Below are positions 10,401-19,048 of a DNA stretch of 64,000 nucleotides, in pieces. The notes under the pieces were generated by a model that worked only from the letters and a program-made list of their open reading frames with translations, did not search any database and was not told where the DNA came from. Made by a program: the position numbers and the translations under genes. The stretch is taken from assembly GCA_026984135.1 (NCBI GenBank), contig JALSSR010000090.1, forward strand, positions 2,451 to 66,450, in the 5' to 3' direction. Source of the stretch: Bacteroidales bacterium. GTDB lineage: Bacteria > Bacteroidota > Bacteroidia > Bacteroidales > JAADJA01. Each line of letters begins with the position of its first letter. Positions within the stretch are counted from its first letter, which is position 1.

Positions 10401-11276
10401 ACTGTTTATGTGGCTGATTATGCAGGTTCGGGAAGTTGGATATCATATAATTATAATACCGGTATTGGTTCCCTTCCTAACGGTGAAATACCACCGACAC
10501 AGGGATTCTATGTGAAGGCAAATGCAGCTTCACCTTCAATGACAATTCCCAACAGTGCAAGGGTTCACACTGCGAACGGGTTTTATAAAAGCGGTGAGAT
10601 AAATGATGGTATGTTTACTATTAAAATAACGGGAGATGCAAACAATTATTCGGATCAACTTTATATTGGAATAAATGATGAAACAACGGATAATTTTGAC
10701 AACCTGTACGATGCATACAAAATTATGGGACTTAACGAAGCACCGCAAATTTATGCTTATGATAAGGAAACAAAATTCTCCATTGACCTGTTCCCCGATT
10801 TTACAGGTAACAAACTGATACCTCTTGGAGTTAGAACGGGTGTTCCTGCGCTTTATACTTTCCATTTCGAAAATATTGAAAACTTCAATCGGGATATTGA
10901 AGTTTATCTTGAAGATAAAGAAAATGGTAATTTGGTTAATTTAAGAGAAAATCAGGAATACACCTTTAGCACTACTAATACTGAAGTTAACGAATCAAGG
11001 TTTGTATTACATTTGAAGAATGGTTCAATGGGTGTTGATGATGATGTTATCCCGACAGTTGTTAATATTTACTCTTATAAAGATAATATTTATGTACAGG
11101 CACCGGCAGACTTTAACGGGGATGTTTCCATATTTAATATGATGGGACAGGAAGTAGTCAAGACAAAAGCTGCAGGAACCTTAACAACATTAAATGTTAC
11201 GAACGGCACAGGATATTATGTTGTGAAAGTTTTATCCGACAACCAACTGATAACACATAAAGTGTTTATTCGATAG
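7440..11276 (+). CDS. T9SS-secreted surface protein: N-terminal jelly-roll-like domain, PKD, CUB-like domain, Cys-rich domain, LamG, family C-terminal region, Por CTD
   Basis: The signal peptide is MKKIYFILFFVLFAFISNGQ. The PKD stretch is DFYADLLFADINQTVTLTD...YTVSLV. The CUB-like stretch is TTCSGLFYDSGGPNGDY...GWEASINC. The LamG domain is ~60% identical to that of the 3240 gene. The CTD spans 11061-11273. Confidence 0.9.
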   Translation: MKKIYFILFFVLFAFISNGQVTIWTEDFSYPSDVTTGQGNPAITTWNADGPSSVWFSNAYIKVNSSTDVLEGKRTTGSNFFGSWDVENWETDSGDPIEISGYYDVSVSIDLSSAVDGTNDYMQVQYSLDGNSNWVNFPGSPFNGNFGTVTTTASGLNGNLLYLKIRMHNDATTDYYYADNIVVTGYQLPPKTDFYADLLFADINQTVTLTDASTNSPTNWTWFFSGPGNVTYVNGTNSNSQNPQVQFDTYGFYTVSLVTNTGNESKTDYIDIVHTYNMGNTTETTCSGLFYDSGGPNGDYSPAEDYVMTFLPSTAGAKLEITFNYFDVEQYYTIFGIEFGSYLEIFDGTNTSAPQIGGKYFGSNSPGTVSATNSQGALTFRFNSVNSLNQKPGWEASINCVQPAENDFCADATPINEVTNLPFSTLAATQSGVNPGCGGTDPVDIWYAYTATVSGDATFDLCGSEFDTRIAVWDNCGGNLLACNDDDCGYQSAVNLPVTMGTTYYVQVGGYNDDTGNGDLTINVIGEDQNTLDFNGTNQYVSIGNSSDINTGGPYSDRTIEAWFYAQDVTKSAKQVIFEEGGATRGFNIYIYSGSLYVGGWNRDNNQVLWTGTYLSTNTISSQRWHHVTLRLENGTNTVGADKFKGYLDGVEFGSGDGAAVYAHGGNIRVGMNGSTRFHDGNDNSEGEYFEGYIEELRIWNEARTLSDIRNDMYRELPYPTSEANLVCYFKFNQSSGTSVPDESISGNPGTTHNMNNSNWVASTAPIPYASVQPGNWDTDVTWNTGQMSPFNDWARVIVNDAVTLNQDQVLKGLIINSTGALTVDAGKHLTMDGNLTNSAGTLGLVLKADASGMASLIHNNTGVEATVEQHFSPSAWHLVSSPLTNTISEDYVGIYLYSWSEADSSFSNIVTTLYPLEPTHGYYAWATGSAADVQFQGTLNSGDMPVNWMTYTPQGYSKQDGWNLAGNPYPSGLKWDNTWSQTNLDPTVYVADYAGSGSWISYNYNTGIGSLPNGEIPPTQGFYVKANAASPSMTIPNSARVHTANGFYKSGEINDGMFTIKITGDANNYSDQLYIGINDETTDNFDNLYDAYKIMGLNEAPQIYAYDKETKFSIDLFPDFTGNKLIPLGVRTGVPALYTFHFENIENFNRDIEVYLEDKENGNLVNLRENQEYTFSTTNTEVNESRFVLHLKNGSMGVDDDVIPTVVNIYSYKDNIYVQAPADFNGDVSIFNMMGQEVVKTKAAGTLTTLNVTNGTGYYVVKVLSDNQLITHKVFIR

Positions 11277-11301
11277 TTATAAAGTATTGCCTTTAAATAA
11301 G

Positions 11302-11335
11302 ATGCTTCCGTAATATTTTGCGGAAGCATTTTTTA
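11302..11335 (+). terminator. Rho-independent terminator
   Basis: ATGCTTCCG (11302-11310) pairs with CGGAAGCAT (11321-11329) and is followed by TTTTTAT. The hairpin lies inside the 5' extension of listed ORF 11318. Confidence 0.75.
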
Positions 11336-11351
11336 TATTCAGAAAATTGCA

Positions 11352-11359
11352 TATCTTTG
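11352..11359 (+). promoter_or_regulatory. -7 promoter box TATCTTTG
   Basis: This is an exact TAnnTTTG match 43 nt upstream of the ATG at 11402. I found no clean -33 TTTG. Confidence 0.45.
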
Positions 11360-11401
11360 CAGCGAAAATCATATATTAACAAATTATTAAAAATCAAACG
11401 T

Positions 11402-14400
11402 ATGAAAAATTATTTTCTATTCTTTGTTTTTATTTTCGGGCTACTGTCAAATTTGGGTTATTCTCAAAAAACCAATAAAAAGTTTGATGAACAGGTAGAT
11501 ACCCGTAGAGATAATATGGGTTATTGGATGAAAAAGGCGGAAGAAGGTCTTATCCCATTCAATCCCAAAATACCGTTAAGACCTGCCATATACAATGGCA
11601 GTACCATAAAAGCAGCCGGTGTAAAATCGGTTAATTCCGTTGACGTACCGGTTACAAGTCAAACCGATGTTACTCAAAGCGAAAATTCCGTTTTTGTTGA
11701 TCCCAACGACTTTAACTATATTCTGAACTCCAACAATTCAACGGGTTGGAGTGGCGGTAGTGCCGGCACACTTTACGGCGCGGATTATTTGCAATCGGCT
11801 GACGGAGGTGCAACTTTCGGAGGAAGTGTTCAGGGGGCAGGCGGAAGTAATTCCGGAGACCCTGCCGCGGCCATTAACCTTAGCGGTCGTCAGTTTGTAG
11901 GTTATATTTCATCAAGCGGCGGAATGGGAGTTTCATATTCCGATAACGGTTCGTCCTGGACAGCCAAAACGGTTTACAGTACCGGAAATCAGGATAAAAA
12001 CCATCTTTGGGTTGATAATAGTTCCACAAGTCCTTACGAGGGAAACCTTTACAATGTCTGGACGGACTTCAGCGGAGGTGCCAATGATAGGGAAATTCTT
12101 TTTTCAAGATCAACAGATAACGGCAATACGTGGTCATCAGCTATTAATATCAGTTCTGCCGTAAATGCCGGAAGTCATAATCAGGGTGTTAATGTTCAGA
12201 CAGGTCCCAACGGGGAGGTATATGTTGTGTGGGCAATTTATGACAGTTGGCCATCCGACGAAACAGCACTCGGATTTGCAAAATCAACCGACGGCGGTGC
12301 CACTTTTGCACCTGCAACACGCATTATTTCAAATATCAAAGGAATTCGCAACTCCGCCGTTTCAAAAAATCACCGTGTTAATTCCTTTCCCTCAATGGCT
12401 GTTGATATCAGCGGTGGTGGAAATAATGGAAATATTTACATCGTTTGGACGAATGTCGGAGTACCCGGAACAAACACCGGAACAAACCGTAGCGTTTATA
12501 TGATCCGTTCAACAAACGGTGGTACATCGTGGTCAACACCTGTTAGGGTTAATCAAGGACCTAATGTTGACGGTAAAGAGGCATATATGCCTTGGATTAC
12601 TTGTGACCCCGAAACCGGAACCATAGCAACGGTTTTTTATGACGACAGAAATACAAGTAGCTCCTCTTGTGAAGCTTTTTCCGCCTATTCACTTGATGCG
12701 GGAAATACCTGGACCGATTTTGTAGTTAGTGATGTTTCGTTTACACCTGCTCCAATCCCGGGCCTTGCAAGCGGCTATATGGGAGACTACCTTGGAATTA
12801 CTTCAAAAGCCGGAGTTATTTATCCCTGTTGGACCGATAATAGAGGCGGTATATATATGACCTACGTTTCTCCTTACTTTTTAGGTTTGAATGCTGCTTT
12901 CACAGCCGATGCAACGGAAGTTTGTACCGGGACTTCGGTTACTTTCAGCGATATGTCAACAGGAAGTCCCACATCCTGGTCATGGAGCTTCCCGGGAGGT
13001 TCGCCGTCAAGTTATAACGGACAAAATCCTCCGGCAATAACTTATTCTACTCCGGGGACCTATGATGTTACACTTACCGTTTCGGACGGTACGGGTAGCG
13101 ATACGGAGGTAAAAACGGGTTATATAACCGTGAAAAATGTTATTGCAGACTTTTCGGGAACACCCACAACTGTTGTTGTCGGTAATACGGTGACTTTTAC
13201 TGATAATTCGAGTTGTAATCCCACATCCTGGAGCTGGTCCTTCCCGGGAGGAACACCATCATCCTACAACGGACAAAATCCTCCGGCAATACAATATGAT
13301 ACGGAGGGCATTTATGATGTTTCGCTTACGGTTACAAAAGGCTCGGATTCAGATACAAAGACATATACCGGTTATATAAATGTTGTTCCGCCGGAATTCA
13401 ATATGACTAATGGAACCGTAACAACTTGTATGGGCAACTTTTACGATTCTCAGGGACCAACTGCAAACTATAATAACAATGAAGATTTTACAATGACTTT
13501 CTATCCTGCTACTTCGGGAAGTTTTATAAGGATGACATTTAATGAGTTTTCTGTTGAAAGTAGTTACGATTATCTATACATCTATGACGGAGAAAACACT
13601 TCTGCAACACAGATAGGTACCTACACAGGTAACACATCACCCGGAACAGTGACGGCAACCAATGCGGCAGGTGCCTTGACATTCAGGTTTACATCCGACG
13701 GTAGTGTAACTTATCCCGGCTGGTCGGCAAGCATTAGTTGTTATTCAAATACATCTCCTCCGATTGCCGATTTCTCCGCTTCAACTACAAGTCCCGCAAT
13801 AAATACGGATGTTGTATTTACGGATCTTTCGCAAAATATGCCGACCTCCTGGAGTTGGAGTTTCACTCCTTCTTCAACGGTTGTTTTTGTTAACGGTACG
13901 AATGCCAACTCGCAAAATCCTGAAGTTCAGTTTACCGCTACGGGACTTTATACTGTCAGCCTTACCGCAACCAATGCTTACGGAAGCGATACACAAACAA
14001 AAACAGACTATATTAATGCAATAACTTGTTCATATTGTGCTGTTTCTTCAACTGTTGCGGATGAAGAATGGATTAGTAATGTGCTTTTTAATACGATAGA
14101 CAATTCCGTTAATACAACCGACGGTTATGAGGATTTCACATATATCTCAACGGATATTATCCCGGGAAATACCTATACGGCAACAGTTTCGGTCGGATCA
14201 ACGGGAAGTTGGACCGAGTATTATGCAATATTCATTGATTGGAATCAAAACTGTGATTTTACCGATGCAGGCGAAAGTTACGACCTCGGTTCTGCCAGTG
14301 GACCAAATTCCCTTTCAACGGACATTACCGTTCCCAACGACGCTTTGGGAGGCGCGACAAGAATGAGGGTTATAATCAGATTCAACTCTGCTCCAACGTC

Positions 14401-15130
14401 TTGTGAATCATTTTATTATGGGCAGGTTGAGGATTATACGGTAAATATTGTCAGAGATCTCGACCTTGATGTTAAGGTGTTTCTTGAAGGACCGTATAAC
14501 GGAACCGATTTGAATACCGATCTTAATTCAATATTGCCTCTATCACAACCTTTTTCAGGCTTCCCTTGGTTCTATAGCGGAACCGAGAGTGTTGCGACAG
14601 TACCTAACGGAGATATTGTTGACTGGGTGCTTGTTGATATTCGTGACGCAGCCGATGCTGCTTCGGCCACGCCTGCAACAAGTATAGGTATGCAGGCCGC
14701 ATTCCTGAGAAACGACGGTAAAATAGTCGGTCTGGACGGCGATCCTGTTATATCTTTCTCAAATGCATCCGTTGCTAACAATCTTTTTGTTGTCGTTTTC
14801 CCGCGTAATCACGTTCCGGTAATTTCCGGAAATGCCGTTACACAAACAGGCGGTGTTTATACTTACGATTTTTCAACGGCTGCCGGTCAGGCTCTTGGCG
14901 GAGCCAACGGTCATAAAGACCTTGGCGGTGGTGTATGGGGAATGTTCTCCGGTAATTCCAACGGTGATTACAATGTAAACGATGCCGACAAGGATACAAA
15001 CTGGAAAAGCGAAGCCGGTATGTCGGGTTATCTCTCTTCGGATGTCAATATGGACGGAGAATCCAATAATGTTGACAAAAATGATATGTGGGTGCCCAAT
15101 AACGGCAAATCAAGCCAGGTGCCGCAATAA
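11402..15130 (+). CDS. Secreted BNR/Asp-box beta-propeller protein (sialidase-superfamily-like) with 2 PKD, CUB-like, PKD and GEVED domains and an unnamed dockerin-like C-terminal module
   Basis: I place the start at M29 of the listed ORF (MKNYFLFFVFIFGLLSNLGYSQ), because the TTG at 11318 lies within the upstream terminator. Asp-boxes include SADGGATF, SDNGSSWT, STDNGNTWS, STDGGATF, STNGGTSWS and SLDAGNTWT. The GEVED motif is YGQVEDYTVNI. No Por CTD is present and the protein ends ...NNGKSSQVPQ. Confidence 0.88.
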   Translation: MKNYFLFFVFIFGLLSNLGYSQKTNKKFDEQVDTRRDNMGYWMKKAEEGLIPFNPKIPLRPAIYNGSTIKAAGVKSVNSVDVPVTSQTDVTQSENSVFVDPNDFNYILNSNNSTGWSGGSAGTLYGADYLQSADGGATFGGSVQGAGGSNSGDPAAAINLSGRQFVGYISSSGGMGVSYSDNGSSWTAKTVYSTGNQDKNHLWVDNSSTSPYEGNLYNVWTDFSGGANDREILFSRSTDNGNTWSSAINISSAVNAGSHNQGVNVQTGPNGEVYVVWAIYDSWPSDETALGFAKSTDGGATFAPATRIISNIKGIRNSAVSKNHRVNSFPSMAVDISGGGNNGNIYIVWTNVGVPGTNTGTNRSVYMIRSTNGGTSWSTPVRVNQGPNVDGKEAYMPWITCDPETGTIATVFYDDRNTSSSSCEAFSAYSLDAGNTWTDFVVSDVSFTPAPIPGLASGYMGDYLGITSKAGVIYPCWTDNRGGIYMTYVSPYFLGLNAAFTADATEVCTGTSVTFSDMSTGSPTSWSWSFPGGSPSSYNGQNPPAITYSTPGTYDVTLTVSDGTGSDTEVKTGYITVKNVIADFSGTPTTVVVGNTVTFTDNSSCNPTSWSWSFPGGTPSSYNGQNPPAIQYDTEGIYDVSLTVTKGSDSDTKTYTGYINVVPPEFNMTNGTVTTCMGNFYDSQGPTANYNNNEDFTMTFYPATSGSFIRMTFNEFSVESSYDYLYIYDGENTSATQIGTYTGNTSPGTVTATNAAGALTFRFTSDGSVTYPGWSASISCYSNTSPPIADFSASTTSPAINTDVVFTDLSQNMPTSWSWSFTPSSTVVFVNGTNANSQNPEVQFTATGLYTVSLTATNAYGSDTQTKTDYINAITCSYCAVSSTVADEEWISNVLFNTIDNSVNTTDGYEDFTYISTDIIPGNTYTATVSVGSTGSWTEYYAIFIDWNQNCDFTDAGESYDLGSASGPNSLSTDITVPNDALGGATRMRVIIRFNSAPTSCESFYYGQVEDYTVNIVRDLDLDVKVFLEGPYNGTDLNTDLNSILPLSQPFSGFPWFYSGTESVATVPNGDIVDWVLVDIRDAADAASATPATSIGMQAAFLRNDGKIVGLDGDPVISFSNASVANNLFVVVFPRNHVPVISGNAVTQTGGVYTYDFSTAAGQALGGANGHKDLGGGVWGMFSGNSNGDYNVNDADKDTNWKSEAGMSGYLSSDVNMDGESNNVDKNDMWVPNNGKSSQVPQ
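14456..15130 (+). repeat. Copy A of a ~675-bp dispersed direct repeat encoding the shared C-terminal module
   Basis: It aligns by eye with 18269-18943. The last ~285 nt differ at only 7 positions. Confidence 0.9.
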
Positions 15131-15156
15131 AATTCTCAGACTTTTATAATTTAAAA

Positions 15157-15189
15157 GCGCTTCGATAAATTCACGGAGCGCTTTTTTTT
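15157..15189 (+). terminator. Rho-independent terminator
   Basis: GCGCTTCG (15157-15164) pairs with CGGAGCGC (15174-15181), including one G-U pair. It is followed by T8. Confidence 0.7.
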
Positions 15190-15191
15190 AT

Positions 15192-15199
15192 TAGTTTTG
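15192..15199 (+). promoter_or_regulatory. -7 promoter box TAGTTTTG
   Basis: This is an exact TAnnTTTG match 46 nt upstream of the ATG at 15245. It overlaps the TTG that the ORF track used as the start (15197). Confidence 0.45.
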
Positions 15200-15244
15200 C
15201 AAAAACAATCTCAAATATTAGTATTTATCACAAAACAAAAAACT

Positions 15245-18200
15245 ATGAAAAAGTTATTCTTTTTAATCTGGATATTGATCCCTGTAGCATTGTTTGCTCA
15301 GCCATGGATGAATACTCTTCCTCAAGACAAAATTGAAAAGGGCGATCTTACATTTTATGAAATACAAAAAGCTTTTAATGACTATTGGGAGCCGTTTAAT
15401 GTTAAAGATGGATATTATTATGTTAACGGTGAAAAGATAAAAGCCGGCGGCTGGAAACAGTTTAAAAGGTGGGAATGGTATTGGGAAACGCGTGTTGATC
15501 CCAAGACCGGGGCTTTCCCGAGGACAACGGCCTGGGAAGAGTTTCAAAAGTATTTGAAAAAATATCCGGGGGCTAAAAGTCCGTCCGGTAACTGGACAAG
15601 TTTGGGACCTTCTTCAACTTCCGGAGGTTATGCCGGACTCGGCCGTCTTAATTGTGTTGCTTTCCGTCCGGGCGACAATAATACTATATATGTGGGGGCT
15701 CCTGCCGGTGGTATCTGGAAATCAACGAACGGAGGCTCTTCCTGGACACCCATAGGTGACAACAATGCCTCTATTGGTGTTAGTGATATTGTAGTTGTGG
15801 CCGGTGCGACACCTGCTTCCGATATAATCTATATTGCAACGGGTGACAGAGATCATTTCGATACAAAATCCGTTGGGGTCCTTAAATCCACAGACGGTGG
15901 CACAACATGGTCAACAACGGGACTTTCTTTTACTGCAAGTCAGGGGAAAAGAGTAAGCCGTCTATTAATGGATCCGGCCAACACAAATATTTTATATGCT
16001 GCTACTTCGGATGGTGTTTTTAAAACTACTAACGCCGGTGCTAATTGGTCTAATATTTATGGAATATCATTTATTGATATGGAATTTAAACCGGAAAGCA
16101 GCAGTTATATTTACGGATCAAATACTTATGGAGATATTTACAGATCCACAAATGCAGGTTCAAGCTGGTCGCAGGTATTAAGTACATCATTGAACAGAAC
16201 ACAAATTGCCGTTTCGTTAAATAATCCCGGTATCGTCTATGCAGTTATGGGCAATTCCAGTAGTGGTCTCGGTGCGATTTATAAGTCAACCGACAGCGGA
16301 AGTTCTTTTTCTTTGGTTTATTCTCCGGGATTGAATATCCTCGGCTGGAATTGCGACGGAAGCGGGTCGGGAGGTCAAGCGTGGTATGACCTGTGTATTG
16401 CTTCGGACCCCAACAATGCAAATATTGTATTTGTGGGCGGTGTAAATACCTGGAAATCATCTAATGGCGGAGCCTCCTGGAATATTAGCAATCACTGGTC
16501 AAGCACCTGCGGTGGTTCTGCAACTAATGTACACGCCGATAAGCACTTTTTGGCATATCAAAACGGGACATCTACTCTTTTTGAATGTAATGACGGCGGA
16601 CTCTATAAAACCTCAAACGCTGGTTCAAACTGGACTCACCTCGGAAGCGGACTTGTTGTAAGCCAAATCTACCGGATAGGTGTTGCACAAACGGTTGCAA
16701 CGGATGTTGTTTGCGGCTTACAGGATAACGGAACAAAAAATATTTCAGGTTCAACATGGGATGATGTTCTTGGTGGTGACGGAATGGATTGTGCCGTTGA
16801 TTATACAAATGCCAATACCCAATATGGCGAGTACTACAACGGTGCTATGAGAAGAACAACCAATCACTGGTTTTCAACAACGGATATAACCGGGGGATTG
16901 TCGGGCTCGGCAGCCTGGGTTACACCTTATGTAATTGATCCCGGAAACCATAATACTCTTTATGTGGGATATCAGGATATTTTCAAATCAACAAATCAGG
17001 GAAGTTCATGGACAAAGATCAGCAACTGGAACGGGAATACTTTAAGATCAGTTGCAGTTGCTCCTTCAAACTCTAATTATATTTATACCGCCACTTCATA
17101 TACTTTATATCGTACGACAAACGGCGGAACATCCTGGACAGACATTACGGGTAGCCTTCCCACAGGTTCAGCCTCAATAACTTGGATTTCCGTTAAAGAT
17201 AATGACCCCAATACCATCTGGGTTTCTATGGGGCAATTTAACTCTTACGGAGTTTATCAAAGTACTAACGGAGGTGCATCATGGACGAATATATCTCCGG
17301 GATTGCCTGCAATACCGGTTAACTGTGTTGTTCAAAATAAACTGAACAATTCACAGATAGAGTTGTATGCGGCTACGGATGCCGGAGTTTATTATAAGTC
17401 GGGATCCGCAAACTGGCAGCTATTCAGTACGGGGCTGCCCAATGTTGTTGTTGATGAGATTGAGATATACTATAATCCTTCGGTACCCGCAAACAGTAAG
17501 CTACGAGCAGGCACATTCGGAAGGGGCCTTTGGGAATCCGACCTCTATACTGCTGCAGCCGCTCCCGTCGCTGACTTTTCGGCCTCACCCACAACCGTAG
17601 GTGTCAACCAAACCGTTATATTTACAGATTTGTCCACAAATACTCCAACATATTGGCATTGGTCTTTTAGCGGACCCGGTAATGCCGTTTTTGTGGACGG
17701 GACAAATGCAAATTCAACAAATCCTCATGTTCAGTTTGATGCAATGGGATCTTATACGGTATCACTTTATGTCTCAAACTCACTTGGTAATGATACGGAA
17801 ACCAAGACGGATTATATTAATGTTTCCGTAAATTATTGTACCCCTACATATAGTACCGGAACAGGTTATGGAGACTATATTTCCCTTGTCCAACTCGGTG
17901 ATATAAACAATTCCACGGGAGCACTTTCATCACCATACTATTTTTATTACGATAATTTGGTAACCGATTTGGCAGTCGGAACAGCTTATTCGATAACATT
18001 AAGTGCAGGTACCTATTCAAGTGGAAATAATATTTCGGTTTGGATTGACTTTAATCATGACGGAAGTTTTGATCCTTCTGAGAAACTTGGTAATGTAACA
18101 CTCGGAGCAACACCTGAAACAGGAACCATTGATTTTACGGTTCCTTCAAATTCAGCTGAAGGCATTACAAGAATGCGCGTTCGGGAAGTATGGAACAATA

Positions 18201-18943
18201 CAACTTTTAATCCTTGCAATAATTATGAATATGGTGAGGCTGAGGATTATAATATAAATATCATTCGTGACCTTGACCTTGATGTTAAAGTTTTTCTCGA
18301 AGGCCCGTACAACGGTACGGATATGAATACTGCTGTCAATTCTATTTTACCTCTTGCTCAACCGTTTTCGGGAAGTCCATGGAATTACTCCGGTTCGGAA
18401 AGTGTAAGCTCAATACCCGGTAGCGATATTGTTGACTGGGTGCTTGTTGATATTCGTGACGCATCAAATGCAGCTTTGGCTACGCCTGCAACAAGTATAG
18501 GTATGCAGGCCGCATTTTTGAGAAACGACGGTAAAATAGTCGGTCTGAACGGCGATCCTGTTATATCTTTCTCAAATACATCCGTTGCCAACAACCTTTT
18601 TGTTGTCATTTTCCCGCGTAACCATGTTCCGGTAATTTCCGGAAATGCCGTTATAAAAACAGGCGGTGTTTATACGTACGATTTTTCAACGGCTGCCGGT
18701 CAGGCTCTTGGCGGAGCCAACGGTCATAAAGACCTTGGCGGTGGTGTATGGGGAATGTTCTCCGGTAATTCCAACGGTGATTACAATGTAAATGATGCCG
18801 ACAAGGATACCAACTGGAAAAGCGAAGCGGGTATGTCGGGTTATCTCTCTTCGGATGTCAATATGGATGGAGAATCCAATAATGTTGACAAAAATGATAT
18901 GTGGGTGCCCAATAACGGCAAATCAAGTCAGGTGCCGCAATAG
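15245..18943 (+). CDS. Secreted multi-BNR (Sortilin/VPS10- or GH74-like double beta-propeller) protein with PKD and GEVED domains and the same dockerin-like C-terminal module
   Basis: I place the start at M17 (MKKLFFLIWILIPVALFAQ). There are at least 10 S-T-N/D-G-G-x-S/T-W repeats, such as KSTNGGSSWTPI and KSTDGGTTWSTT. The PKD stretch is ADFSASPTTVGVNQTVIFTD. The GEVED motif is YGEAEDYNINI. The protein ends ...NNGKSSQVPQ. Confidence 0.88.
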   Translation: MKKLFFLIWILIPVALFAQPWMNTLPQDKIEKGDLTFYEIQKAFNDYWEPFNVKDGYYYVNGEKIKAGGWKQFKRWEWYWETRVDPKTGAFPRTTAWEEFQKYLKKYPGAKSPSGNWTSLGPSSTSGGYAGLGRLNCVAFRPGDNNTIYVGAPAGGIWKSTNGGSSWTPIGDNNASIGVSDIVVVAGATPASDIIYIATGDRDHFDTKSVGVLKSTDGGTTWSTTGLSFTASQGKRVSRLLMDPANTNILYAATSDGVFKTTNAGANWSNIYGISFIDMEFKPESSSYIYGSNTYGDIYRSTNAGSSWSQVLSTSLNRTQIAVSLNNPGIVYAVMGNSSSGLGAIYKSTDSGSSFSLVYSPGLNILGWNCDGSGSGGQAWYDLCIASDPNNANIVFVGGVNTWKSSNGGASWNISNHWSSTCGGSATNVHADKHFLAYQNGTSTLFECNDGGLYKTSNAGSNWTHLGSGLVVSQIYRIGVAQTVATDVVCGLQDNGTKNISGSTWDDVLGGDGMDCAVDYTNANTQYGEYYNGAMRRTTNHWFSTTDITGGLSGSAAWVTPYVIDPGNHNTLYVGYQDIFKSTNQGSSWTKISNWNGNTLRSVAVAPSNSNYIYTATSYTLYRTTNGGTSWTDITGSLPTGSASITWISVKDNDPNTIWVSMGQFNSYGVYQSTNGGASWTNISPGLPAIPVNCVVQNKLNNSQIELYAATDAGVYYKSGSANWQLFSTGLPNVVVDEIEIYYNPSVPANSKLRAGTFGRGLWESDLYTAAAAPVADFSASPTTVGVNQTVIFTDLSTNTPTYWHWSFSGPGNAVFVDGTNANSTNPHVQFDAMGSYTVSLYVSNSLGNDTETKTDYINVSVNYCTPTYSTGTGYGDYISLVQLGDINNSTGALSSPYYFYYDNLVTDLAVGTAYSITLSAGTYSSGNNISVWIDFNHDGSFDPSEKLGNVTLGATPETGTIDFTVPSNSAEGITRMRVREVWNNTTFNPCNNYEYGEAEDYNINIIRDLDLDVKVFLEGPYNGTDMNTAVNSILPLAQPFSGSPWNYSGSESVSSIPGSDIVDWVLVDIRDASNAALATPATSIGMQAAFLRNDGKIVGLNGDPVISFSNTSVANNLFVVIFPRNHVPVISGNAVIKTGGVYTYDFSTAAGQALGGANGHKDLGGGVWGMFSGNSNGDYNVNDADKDTNWKSEAGMSGYLSSDVNMDGESNNVDKNDMWVPNNGKSSQVPQ
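18269..18943 (+). repeat. Copy B of the ~675-bp dispersed direct repeat
   Basis: See 14456-15130. Both copies encode an identical 94-aa terminal peptide. Confidence 0.9.
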
Positions 18944-18963
18944 TTTACTTTATTTGAAAATAG

Positions 18964-18995
18964 AGGTATTTATATTGAAAAAACAAAATACCTTT
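18964..18995 (+). terminator. Possible AT-rich terminator hairpin
   Basis: AGGTATTT (18964-18971) pairs with AAATACCT (18985-18992) and is followed by TTT. The loop is 13 nt. Confidence 0.35.
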
Positions 18996-19048
18996 TAAGT
19001 AGCTTTGATTTTTTTTAAGTTGTATGAAAAGTTGTGTGATTTGTATTT

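Noticed and set aside
11318-11401. I considered the 5' extension of the BNR gene to the TTG at 11318, and likewise 15197-15244 for the next gene.
   Set aside because: The extension at 11318 runs through the upstream terminator hairpin and the TAnnTTTG box, and the one at 15197 begins inside its TAnnTTTG box. An in-frame ATG followed by a classic signal peptide lies just downstream.
14456-18943. I considered whether the near-identical 675-bp repeats are a diversity-generating retroelement template/variable repeat pair.
   Set aside because: The differences between the copies are a mix of C/T, A/C, C/G and T/G changes, not substitutions confined to adenine positions. The most conserved part is protein-identical. 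No reverse transcriptase gene is in the window.
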